Assembly: GCA_012295275.1 (NCBI GenBank)
Contig: CM022667.1
Span: 18,848,001 to 18,912,000 of the forward strand
Reading direction: 5' to 3'
Length of the DNA: 64,000 nt
DNA from: Chrysomallon squamiferum
Lineage: Eukaryota; Animalia; Mollusca
Each line of letters begins with the position of its first letter. Positions within the stretch are counted from its first letter, which is position 1. The notes below the pieces were generated by a model. That model saw only the letters and a list, made by a program, of their open reading frames with translations. It was not told the origin of the DNA and made no database searches. Positions 1 through 12,062 of this stretch are shown piece by piece. The translations under genes were made by a program, and so were the position numbers.

Positions 1-2290
1 TCTGTAGATCTCATTTAAGTGATGTGGTGCGTGTGTGTGTTTATTCTCAAGAGAGGAATACCTCTCGCAACCGCTCGCTGTACGAAACACTCAATCGTGT
101 GGACACATGACAGACAGCATCGAATGCGTTCTGTACTCAAGCAGCTCTTTCATCGCTGTTAATGGATAATCATTAGATCTCATTTTAGTCATGTGGTGCG
201 TGTGTGTGTTTATTAACAAGGCACGGATACTTCTCGCAACCGCTCGCACTCCGAAACTTTCAATCGTATGCAGTCGTAACACACAGGATTGAGTGCGTTC
301 TGTTCTAAAGCAGCTCTTTCAACGCTTTTATCGAATAATCTGTGGATCTCATTTAAGTGATGTGGTGCGTGTGTGTGTTTATTCTCAAGAGAGGAATACC
401 TCTCGCAACCGCTCGCTGTACCAAACACTCAATCGTGTGGACACATGACAGACAGCATCGAATGCGTTCTGTACTCAAGCAGCTCTTTCATCCCTGTTAA
501 TGGATAATCATTAGATCTCATTTTAGTGATGTGGTGCGTGTGTGTTTATTAACAAGACACTGATACCTCTGGCAACCGCTCGAACTCCGAAATTTTCAAT
601 CGTATGCAGTCGTAACACACAGCATTGAGTGCGTTCTGTTCTTAAGCAGCTCTTTCAACGCTGTTAACGAATAATCTGTAGATCTCATTTAAGTGATGTG
701 GTGCGTGTGTGTGTTTATTGCCAAGAGACGAATACCTCTCGCAACCGCTCGCTGTACGAAACACTCAATCGTGTGGACACATGACAGACAGCATCGAATG
801 CGTTCTGTACTCAAGCAGCTCTTTCAACGCTGTTAATGGATAATCAATAGATCTCATTTTAGTGATGTGGTGCGTGTGTGTGTTTATTCTCAAGAGAGGA
901 ATACCTCTCGCAACCGCTCGCTGTACGAAACTCTCAATCGTGTGGACACATAACAGACAGCATCGAATGCGTTTTTTCCTTAAGCTGCTCTTTCAACGCT
1001 GTAAATGGATAATCATTAGATCTCATTTAAGTGATGTGGTGCGTGTGTGTGTTTATTAACAAGGCACGGATACTTCTCGCAACCGCTCGCTCTCCGAAAC
1101 TTTCAATCGTATGCAGTCGTAACACACAGCATTGAGTGCGTTCTGTTCTCAAGCAGCTCTTTCAACGCTTTTAACGAATAATCTGTAGATCTCATTTAAG
1201 TGATGTGGTTCGTGTGTGTGTTTATTGCCAAGAGACGAATACCTCTCGCAACCGCTCGCTGTACCAAACACTCAATCGTGTGGACACATGACAGACAGCA
1301 TCGAATGCGTTCTGTAGTCAAGCAGCTCTTTCATCGCTGTTAATGGATAATCATTAGATCTCATTTTAGTGATGTGGTGCGTGTGTGTGTTTATTAACAA
1401 GACACGGATACTTCTCGCAACCGCTCGCACTCCGAAACTTTCAATCGTATGCAGTCGTAACAGACAGCATTGAGTGTGTTCTGTTCTTAAGCAGCTCTTT
1501 CAACGCTGTTAACGAATAATCTGTAGATCTCATTTAAGTGATGTGGTGCGTGTGTGTGTTTATTCTCAAGAGACGAATACCTCTCGCAACCGCTCGCTGT
1601 ACGAAACACTCAATCGTGTGGACACATGACAGACAGCATCGAATGCGTTCTGTACTCAAGCAGCTCTTTCATCGCTGTTAATGGATAATCATTAGATCTC
1701 ATTTTAGTGATGTGGTGAGTGTGTGTGTTTATTAACAAGACACGGATACTTCTCGCAACCGCTCGCACTCCGAAACTTTCAATCGTATGCAGTCGTAACA
1801 CACAGCATTGAGTGCGTTCTGTTCTTAAGCAGCTCTTTCAACGCTGTTAACGAATAATCTGTAGATCTCATTTAAGTGATGTGGTGCGTGTGTGTGTTTA
1901 TTCTCAAGAGACGAATACCTCTCGCAACCGCTCGCTGTACGAAACACTCAATCGTGTGGACACATGACAGACAGCATCGAATGCGTTCTGTACTCAAGCA
2001 GCTCTTTCATTGCTGTTAATGGATAATCATTAGATCTCATTTTAGTGATGTGGTGCGTGTGTGTGTTTATTCTCAAGAGAGGAATACCTCTCGCAACCGC
2101 TCGCTGTACGAAACTCTCAATCGTGTGGACACATAACAGACAGCATCGAATGCGTTTTGTCCTTAAGCTGCTCTTTCAACGCTGTAAATGGATAATCATT
2201 AGATCTCATTTAAGTGATGTGGTGCGTGTGTGTGTTTATTAACAAGACACGGATACTTCTCGCAACCGCTCGCACTCCGAAACTTTCAAT
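1..2290. repeat. 169-bp satellite DNA, subfamily A (alternating monomer types, 7-mer higher-order repeat)
   Basis: The core CTCGCAACCGCTCGC recurs every ~169 bp (65, 233, 403, 570, 738, 907, 1076 ... 2090, 2259). Two monomer types alternate (..GTGTGGACACATGAC.. and ..GTATGCAGTCGTAAC..). A variant monomer recurs at a 1183-bp (7x169) offset. Confidence 0.97.
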
Positions 2291-5200
2291 CGTATACACA
2301 CGTAACAGACTGCATTGAAGGCGTTCAGATCTCAAGCAGTTGTTTAAACGGTGTAAAGGGTTAATCATTGCATCTGATTTTGATGAGGTAGTGCGTGTTT
2401 CTGTTTGTTGAGAAGAGACGAACACCCCTCGCAACCGCTCGCGCTCCGAAACTTTCAATCGTACGCACACATAACAGACTGCATTGAAGGCGTTCAGATC
2501 TCAAGCAGTTGTTTAAACGGTGTAAAGGGTTAATCATTGCATCTGATTTTGATGAGGTAGTGCGTGTTTCTGTTTGTTGAGAAGAGACGAACACCCGTCG
2601 CAACCGCTCGCGCTTCGAAACTTTCAATCGTACGCACACATAAGAGACTGCATTGAAGGCGTTCAGATCTCAAGCAGTTGTTTAAACGGTGTAAAGGGTT
2701 AATCATTGCATCTGATTTTGATGAGGTAGTGCGTGTTTCTGTTTGTTGAGAAGAGACGAACACCCGTCGCAACCGCTCGCACACCGAAACTTTCAATCGT
2801 ACGCACACATAACAGACTGCATTGAAGGCGTTCAGATCTCAAGCAGTTGTTTAAACGGTGTAAAGGGTTAATCATTGCATCTGATTTTGATGAGGTAGTG
2901 CGTGTTTCTGTTTGTTGAGAAGAGACGAACACACCTCGCAACCGCTCGCGCTCCGAAACTTTCAATCGTATACACACGTAACAGACTGCATTGAAGGCGT
3001 TCAGATCTCAAGCAGTTGTTTAAACGGTGTAAAGGGTTAATCATTGCATCTGATTTTGATGAGGTAGTGCGTGTTTCTGTTTGTTGAGAAGAGACGAACA
3101 CCTGTCGCAACCGCTCGCGCTCCGAAACTTTCAATCGTACGCACACATAAGAGACTGCATTGAAGGCGTTCAGATCTCAAGCAGTTGTTTAAACGGTGTA
3201 AAGGGTTAATCATTGCATCTGATTTTGATGAGGTAGTGCGTGTTTCTGTTTGTTGAGAAGAGACGAACACCTGTCGCAACCGCTCGCAGACCGAAACTTT
3301 CAATCGTACGCACACATAAGAGACTGCATTGAAGGCGTTCAGATCTCAAGCAGTTGTTTAAACGGTGTAAAGGGTTAATCATTGCATCTGATTTTGATGA
3401 GGTAGTGCGTGTTTCTGTTTGTTGAGAAGAGACGAACACACCTCGCAACCGCTCGCACACAGAAACTTTCAATCGTACGCACACATTACACACTGCATTG
3501 AATGCATTCAGTTCTCAAACAGGTCTTTCAATGGGATAAAGGGTTAATCATTACATCTGATTTCGATGAGGTAGTGCGTGTTACCGTTTGTTCAGAAGAG
3601 ACGAACACCCGTCGCAACCGCTCGCACACCGAAACTTTCAATCGTACGCACACATAAGAGACTGCATTGAAGGCGTTCAGATCTCAAGCAGTTGTTTAAA
3701 CGGTGTAAAGGGTTAATCATTACATCTGATTTCGATGAGGTAGTGCGTGTTTCTGTTTGTTGAGAAGAGACGAACACCCGTCGCAACCGCTCGCGCTTCG
3801 AAACTTTCAATCGTACGCACACATAAGAGACTGCATTGAAGGCGTTCAGATCTCAAGCAGTTGTTTAAACGGTGTAAAGGGTTAATCATTGCATCTGATT
3901 TCGATGAGGTAGTGCGTGTTTCTGTTTGTTGAGAAGAGACGAACACCCGTCGCAACCGCTCGCGCTTCGAAACTTTCAATCGTACGCACACATAAGAGAC
4001 TGCATTGAAGGCGTTCAGATCTCAAGCAGTTGTTTAAACGGTGTAAAGGGTTAATCATTGCATCTGATTTTGATGAGGTAGTGCGTGTTTCTGTTTGTTG
4101 AGAAGAGACGAACACCCGTCGCAACCGCTCGCAGAGCGAAACTTTCAATCGTACGCACACATAAGAGACTGCATTGAAGGCGTTCAGATCTCAAGCAGTT
4201 GTTTAAACGGTGTAAAGGGTTAATCATTCCTTCTGATTTTGATGAGCTGGTGGGTACGTGCGTTTATTGACAAGAGACGAACACACCTCGCAACCGCTCG
4301 CACACAGAAACTTTCAATCGTACGCACACATTACACACTGCATTGAATGCATTCAGTTCTCAAACAGGTCTTTCAATGGGATAAAGGGTTAATCATTACA
4401 TCTGATTTCGATGAGGTAGTGCGTGTTACCGTTTGTTCAGAAGAGACGAACACCCGTCGCAACCGCTCGCACACCGAAACTTTCAATCGTACGCACACAT
4501 AAGAGACTGCATTGAAGGCGTTCAGATCTCAAGCAGTTGTTTAAACGGTGTAAAGGGTTAATCATTGCATCTGATTTCGATGAGGTAGTGCGTGTTTCTG
4601 TTTGTTGAGAAGAGACGAACACCCGTCGCAACCGCTCGCGCTTCGAAACTTTCAATCGTACGCACACATAAGAGACTGCATTGAAGGCGTTCAGATCTCA
4701 AGCAGTTGTTTAAACGGTGTAAAGGGTTAATCATTGCATCTGATTTTGATGAGGTAGTGCGTGTTTCTGTTTGTTGAGAAGAGACGAACACCCGTCGCAA
4801 CCGCTCGCGCTTCGAAACTTTCAATCGTACGCACACATAAGAGACTGCATTGAAGGCGTTCAGATCTCAAGCAGTTGTTTAAACGGTGTAAAGGGTTAAT
4901 CATTGCATCTGATTTTGATGAGGTAGTGCGTGTTTCTGTTTGTTGAGAAGAGACGAACACACCTCGCAACCGCTCGCGCTCCAAACTTTCAATCGTATAC
5001 ACACGTAACAGACTGCATTGAAGGCGTTCAGATCTCAAGCAGTTGTTTAAACGGTGTAAAGGGTTAATCATTGCATCTGATTTTGATGAGGTAGTGCGTG
5101 TTTCTGTTTGTTGAGAAGAGACGAACACCCGTCGCAACCGCTCGCAGACCGAAACTTTCAATCGTACGCACACATAAGAGACTGCATTGAAGGCGTTCAG

Positions 5201-7709
5201 ATCTCAAGCAGTTGTTTAAACGGTGTAAAGGGTTAATCATTGCATCTGATTTTGATGAGGTAGTGCGTGTTTCTGTTTGTTGAGAAGAGACGAACGCACC
5301 TCGCAACCGCTCGCGCTCCGAAACTTTCAATCGTATACACACGTAACAGACTGCATTGAAGGCGTTCAGATCTCAAGCAGTTGTTTAAACGGTGTAAAGG
5401 GTTAATCATTGCATCTGATTTCGATGAGGTAGTGCGTGTTTCTGTTTGTTGAGAAGAGACGAACACCCGTCGCAACCGCTCGCGCTCCGAAACTTTCAAT
5501 CGTACGCACACGTAACAGACTGCATTGAAGGCGTTCAGATCTCAAGCAGTTGTTTAAACGGTGTAAAGGGTTAATCATTGCATCTGATTTTGATGAGGTA
5601 GTGCGTGTTTCTGTTTGTTGAGAAGAGACGAACACACCTCGCAACCGCTCGCACACCGAAACTTTCAATCGTACGCACACATAAGAGACTGCATTGAAGG
5701 CGTTCAGATCTCAAGCAGTTGTTTAAACGGTGTAAAGGGTTAATCATTGCATCTGATTTTGATGAGGTAGTGCGTGTTTCTGTTTGTTGAGAAGAGACGA
5801 ACACCCTCGCAACCGCTCGCGCTTCCGAAACTTTCAATCGTACGCACACATAAGAGACTGCATTGAAGGCGTTCAGATCTCAAGCAGTTGTTTAAACGGT
5901 GTAAAGGGTTAATCATTGCATCTGATTTTGATGAGGTAGTGCGTGTTTCTGTTTGTTGAGAAGAGACGAACACCCGTCGCAACCGCTCGCGCTCCGAAAC
6001 TTTCAATCGTACGCACACATAAGAGACTGCATTGAAGGCGTTCAGATCTCAAGCAGTTGTTTAAACGGTGTAAAGGGTTAATCATTGCATCTGATTTTGA
6101 TGAGGTAGTGCGTGTTTCTGTTTGTTGAGAAGAGACGAACACACCTCGCAACCGCTCGCGCTCCGAAACTTTCAATCGTACGCACACATAAGAGACTGCA
6201 TTGAAGGCGTTCAGATCTCAAGCAGTTGTTTAAACGGTGTAAAGGGTTAATCATTGCATCTGATTTTGATGAGGTAGTGCGTGTTTCTGTTTGTTGAGAA
6301 GAGACGAACGCACCTCGCAACCGCTCGCGCTCCGAAACTTTCAATCGTATACACACGTAACAGACTGCATTGAAGGCGTTCAGATCTCAAGCAGTTGTTT
6401 AAACGGTGTAAAGGGTTAATCATTGCATCTGATTTTGATGAGGTAGTGCGTGTTTCTGTTTGTTGAGAAGAGACGAACACACCTCGCAACCGCTCGCACT
6501 CCGAAACTTTCAATCGTATACACACGTAACAGACTGCATTGAAGGCGTTCAGATCTCAAGCAGTTGTTTTTAAACGGTGTAAAGGGTTAATCATTGCATC
6601 TGATTTTGATGAGGTAGTGCGTGTTTCTGTTTGTTGAGAAGAGACGAACACACCTCGCAACCGCTCGCGCTCCGAAACTTTCAATCGTATACACACGTAA
6701 CAGACTGCATTGAAGGCGTTCAGATCTCAAGCAGTTGTTTAAACGGGGTAAAGGGTTAATCATTGCACATCTGATTTTGATGAGGTAGTGCGTGTTTCTG
6801 TTTGTTGAGAAGAGACGAACACCCGTCGCAACCGCTCGCAGAGCGAAACTTTCAATCGTACGCACACATAAGAGACTGCATTGAAGGCGTTCAGATCTCA
6901 AGCAGTTGTTTAAACGGTGTAAAGGGTTAATCATTGCATCTGATTTTGATGAGGTAGTGCGTGTTTCTGTTTGTTGAGAAGAGACGAACACCCGTCGCAA
7001 CCGCTCGCAGAGCGAAACTTTCAATCGTACGCACACATAAGAGACTGCATTGAAGGCGTTCAGATCTCAAGCAGTTGTTTAAACGGTGTAAAGGGTTAAT
7101 CATTCCATCTGATTTTGATGAGGTAGTGCGTGTTTCTGTTTGTTGAGAAGAGACGAACACACCTCGCAACCGCTCGCACACCGAAACTTTCAATCGTACG
7201 CACACATAAGAGACTGCATTGAAGGCGTTCAGATCTCAAGCAGTTGTTTAAACGGGATAAAGGGTTAATCATTACATCTGATTTCGATGAGGTAGTGCGT
7301 GTTTCCGTTTGTTGAGAAGAGACGAACACCCGTCGCAACCGCTCGCGCTCCGAAACTTTCAATCGTATACACACGTAACAGACTGCATTGAAGGCGTTCA
7401 GATCTCAAGCAGTTGTTTAAACGGTGTAAAGGGTTAATCATTGCATCTGATTTCGATGAGGTAGTGCGTGTTTCTGTTTGTTGAGAAGAGACGAACACCC
7501 GTCGCAACCGCTCGCAGAGCGAAACTTTCAATCGTACGCACACATAAGAGACTGCATTGAAGGCGTTCAGATCTCAAGCAGTTGTTTAAACGGTGTAAAG
7601 GGTTAATCATTGCATCTGATTTCGATGAGGTAGTGCGTGTTTCTGTTTGTTGAGAAGAGACGAACACCCGTCGCAACCGCTCGCAGAGCGAAACTTTCAA
7701 TCGTACGCA
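2291..7709. repeat. 169-bp satellite DNA, subfamily B (highly homogeneous, ~32 monomers)
   Basis: Near-identical 169-bp units (..GACTGCATTGAAGGCGTTCAGATCTCAAGCAGTTGTTTAAACGGTGTAAAGGGTTAATC..). They are in register with, and alignable to, subfamily A. ORF-track repeats are spaced 169 bp. Confidence 0.98.
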
Positions 7710-7909
7710 NNNNNNNNNNNNNNNNNNNNNNNNNNNNNNNNNNNNNNNNNNNNNNNNNNNNNNNNNNNNNNNNNNNNNNNNNNNNNNNNNNNNNNNNNNN
7801 NNNNNNNNNNNNNNNNNNNNNNNNNNNNNNNNNNNNNNNNNNNNNNNNNNNNNNNNNNNNNNNNNNNNNNNNNNNNNNNNNNNNNNNNNNNNNNNNNNNN
7901 NNNNNNNNN
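7710..7909. other. Assembly/scaffold gap of exactly 200 N
   Basis: A run of 200 N. The round number suggests a placeholder of unknown true size. Confidence 0.99.
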
Positions 7910-8390
7910 GAAAACATAAGTATATAGAGAAAATTAAAATTTAATTAGGAACAAGGTGTAATCTTTGTTGGTTTTCAAGTATCGACATTTCAGTAGTGTT
8001 TTGTTAATATTTTGCTTTGTGATTTAATGAATAGATTTGAAAGAACTCATTCATATTTTCTAACATAACATAATCCCTCACCACACTGACACGTGGAAAA
8101 CACGTGACATAATATGCCGAAAACACGTGTGTGTGTTTCACGTGAAATCAGCATGAAATCCACGATGTTTTGCACAAATGTCGCACGAGTTTTTTCGCAC
8201 GTTTTATCCATTTGTTTATAGCTCATAAAAAAAATTAATTGAAAATCCAAGAGATTTCCACATATTTTCCGTGTGATATGAATATGTTTATTGGCAATAA
8301 GCATGTCAAATCGATGAGGGTTCCATGTTTAACTCGTATTTCTTCACAAGGTACTTTGGCTCCTGCTAATACCTGCCAGTGCAGGGGCAA

Positions 8391-8422
<32 letters not shown>

Positions 8423-8570
8423 GTGGGATTGTTGATGTGTTTTCACCCATTGAAGCAGGATCTGTGAAGTATTGTACTTTAAGCAAATTAATGCTATAAT
8501 TAATTAATTGGAACTAATAAAACGTTTCATTTTGGTTAAAAACTATATGAGATATTCAGTGTTTATGTTG
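7910..8570 (-). other. Orphan paralogue of the lectin-gene upstream region (no gene attached in this contig)
   Basis: Aligns collinearly with ~12420-13095 (e.g. AATTAGGAACAAG..GGTTTTCAAGT; GGTACTTTGGCTCC; CAGGATCTG; AAAACTATATGAG) and, at its start, with 42585-42665. Confidence 0.85.
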
Positions 8571-9179
8571 CCTATATTTTGTTTATTATGTTATTTGGAA
8601 TCTTTATTTATTACGATTATTATTATTTCAATGAAAATTCCCTAATCAAACCACTTTTTTCATTGTTTTAACAGTATGCAGCAATACACTGGTTTCGAAC
8701 TATATACAAAATTTGTTGTTTTGTACTGTTGGATTTTGTTTTCTTATTGTTGCTTTACACATATATATATATATATATGAGGATAGAGATAATATATATA
8801 TAGATATATATGCTTATATAGATATAGATAGATAGATATAAACATCTTATATTCTTACGTTAAGTAATTAATGAATAAAACTACCTATATTAATTGGAAA
8901 TGCCTTAAATCTCAATAAAATCTTAAAAAGTGAACATGAAATTATAAAAATGATAATTTAATCTGTGATCCGTTTGATTTGATTTTATGACCACAGATTT
9001 CTCTTATTGCAATATCACACAATTATCTTCATTGTAAATTTTATCTCTGTCCTCTTTGTATAAATCATTAGACAACATTTTTTGCCTTTAAATGACTGGA
9101 TTAAATTGTTAAACAACAATAATAATAATCATGTGATATTCTTTTAAAATAAATATTAATGTGTAAAACTAATACCTAA

Positions 9180-9340
9180 TACACATTTGTGTACAGCGAC
9201 TAAATAAATACTAGTGCATACTGCTATATTCAATATACGTTTGTGTGTGGTGATTAAATAAATATTCGTGCATACTGCTATATTCAGTGCACGTTTGTGT
9301 GTAGTGTTTAAATAAATATTAGTGTATACTGTTATATTTC
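9180..9340. repeat. ~52-bp minisatellite (about 3 units), same family as 44795-45112
   Basis: Units resemble TAAATAAATATTAGTGTATACTGCTATATTCAGTGCACGTTTGTGTGTAGTGAT. Confidence 0.85.
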
Positions 9341-10546
9341 ACGGTTGTGTGCTGTCATCTTTACTCTGTTGATATCAACGACCGTGACTAATATTATGGT
9401 AATTTTGACATTGACTAAAATATTTTTGATAGATTGTATTGTTGTGTAGAAAATTTAAAATAATTAAATAAACAATAATTTTTCTTATGTAGTATATAGT
9501 ACTACTATACATATTATTTTAATAAACAACAGAGCAAGTCATTATTATTCAAGGTTCACCAATGGAATTTAATTTTTAATCATTCAGAGACGGGTGTAAA
9601 TGTATACAAAATCAGTAAATCAATGTAAACCGATATCTGTTTCTTTGTTCGTTTGTTATTGATGAGTTCTAGTTTGAGTTATTGTTATTCTGTTTTACTA
9701 TTCTCTTTCATTTTTCACCTGTTTCTTGTTCCTGCTGTATTTATTATAATATAATTTACTTGTTCTCATTATTGCTGTTGTCGTTGTAGTTGTGATGTCT
9801 TACTTTAATCAATTTGATAAAATACAAATTCTCTGCTGGAGATAAAAATATGCAGGTGTTCATGTTGTCTTCGTTATTATTAATCATCTAGCAAGTGGAT
9901 ATATTATTTTCGTATATACTTTTATTCGAGTATAGGAAAATATAATGTTCCCATGTAAATATGGATTATTATTAGTGGCTCTATAAGCATTTGTTGCTAT
10001 TATTGTCGTCGTTGCTATTGTAATTGTAATAGAAGTAACAATTCATTAAAAGACATGCTTCACTTTCTTATCAGGGAAATCTATCCGATAACTTTTTATT
10101 TGATTGCCCTTGTTTAGTGTTGTGCTGTTGTTTTGATGCCTCTTTCTTTCATTTTGTTCTTTTGTTTTCCATGGATATTTGTCTCTTCTTTTGTTTCATT
10201 ATGTCTCGATTTAATGCCTTTTCCAAAGGTCATCATAGTTACTTTCTATTGTTCCATATGTATGTATATAAATTATCGTTTGTTAATTGTAATTTTGTTT
10301 ATATCTATTTGTCATGTATCTTAGAGCTTAATTAGATTTACTTTAATTGTGAGTAACCTTCCTTCATTAAATGTTTGATTTAGTTATAAAACGATGGAAA
10401 CAAGTGCTGATTATTTCCTACTTACGATCGGGTTACGTTTAAACTGACAATGTTACAAATAATTTGCTTACGTTTCTTGCGTGGATTATTTTGAATTGTT
10501 TTTAGTAGAGCAGAAACACTCAACATATTGTTAATTAATTGTTGCT

Positions 10547-11712
10547 TTAATTTCCACTTTTAGAACAGGCGACATCATGCCATGAGTTCTGCGGAAAAAG
10601 TAACATTACACAGTCCTCGTTGAAAATATTTTGAGGTTCGCCGGATCCCCAGTTAAAAAGCATTGGCTTAACTCCGTTCTCCCAAAGAAACACGTCTTCT
10701 GTAACTACATCAGTCAGTCCGATGTATATGTATTCTTCTGTCTCTGAAGAATAATACAAGAAGATAAATAATAAAAATACCAATCACTACAAAAACAACA
10801 ACTACAGCAATAATAATAATAATAATAATTAAAAAAAAAATAATATCACCAGCAACAACAACAACAATAATAATTTAAAGATATGTCATTTACGTACAAC
10901 CGGTGAAAACTAACATATATGTTAGAGAAGTTTTTGTTGTAGTTGTTGTAAATCAATATTTATGTTCCTACCAATGTTTGCTTGGATGTAGTCACCAACA
11001 GCTGTGTTTTTCTCTTCTGTGTCCAGTACAATCAGTCATGAACCTATCTGACTGCAGGCGACACGTGCTTCAGAAAATGTTTTCTTATCGCTGAACACTA
11101 TTAAACATAGATTCAGTTCGTCCAGATAAACAAACCCATCTTCCACTGGACAGGAACCTGCCAGGAAATGATAATAATTTCTGTAAAGTTTTTAAAATTA
11201 TCATTCTTTTTCAGAATTAAGAATCATACTTATAGTAAAGTCATATCAGGACAGATCTTTGTTACAAGGATAGTTTTAGAAATTTCCTTCCAATCCTACC
11301 AATATATATATATATCTATCTATCTATCTATATATATATATATATATCTAGATATAGATATATATATTAAAATTATTGGGTATGTCTGTGTTTAATTAAT
11401 TTAAAGTACTTGTTTTAATATTTGTGTGTGTGTGCGTGTGCCTGTGATTTTCTACCTGCACTCAGGTAAAAGTGCGTCCAGCCAGGAGAAGATGAAAAGC
11501 TGCCTGAATTCATCAACCTCAAATAATGCTGACAACAAATTCCATACACGTTGTACGAAAACCAAACACAGGTAGAATTATTTGCGTATCGTATCCCACA
11601 AAGGCCTTGCGATGAAATTTTGTCAGCTGAAGATATGACAGCCTGGTTTATCTGAACATGATCAAAATCAGGTCTTTTTATCCATTTTATTGTCGTGTTG
11701 CAACTGATGATG

Positions 11713-11766
<54 letters not shown>

Positions 11767-12062
11767 TTATTTGAATTAGTAAAGACAGATTAGTTTCGTT
11801 ACATTATCACCATCTCAGAATAATTTGTTTATTTTTACCTACCATAACCACCACTCAACTATAAATAAAAGAAATTTATAATAAAATTAAATTTGTGTTT
11901 CGTTTGATTTAATTTTATAACAACTGATTTCTCTTCTTGCAACATCAAAGAGTTTATATTCAGATATAGTTAAGAATATATAAAAACAGATATTACCTAC
12001 CTCTTGTTACCATGACAACAGATTACAAACGTTACCAGCAAAATAAATAGTGAATAATCCAT
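10547..12062 (-). pseudogene. PAN/Apple + C-type lectin paralogue A, probable pseudogene; exons 12062-12001, 11703-11456, 11157-10972, 10743-10547
   Basis: Exons 1-3 have the same sizes (62/248/186) and GT-AG sites as the intact paralogues. There is an in-frame TGA at 11038-11036 where paralogues have AGA/AAA. A second stop TAA at 10549-10547 replaces Tyr and removes the final CTLD Cys (ICEK). The PAN CxxxC is mutated to CGIRY. Confidence 0.9.

Noticed and set aside
2355-7610. AGGGTTA in each subfamily B monomer as telomeric repeat
   Set aside because: A single 7-mer per monomer, never tandem (TTAGGG)n.
91-7927. Dozens of repeated 60-150 aa ORFs in the satellite; superficial CRISPR-like periodicity
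   Set aside because: These are by-products of a 169-bp tandem unit (not a multiple of 3). There are no unique spacers and no cas genes, and the context is eukaryotic.
11036-11038. In-frame TGA in paralogue A as selenocysteine or programmed readthrough
   Set aside because: It aligns to Arg/Lys rather than Cys, and the same copy has a second truncating stop and a lost Cys, so decay is the simpler explanation.
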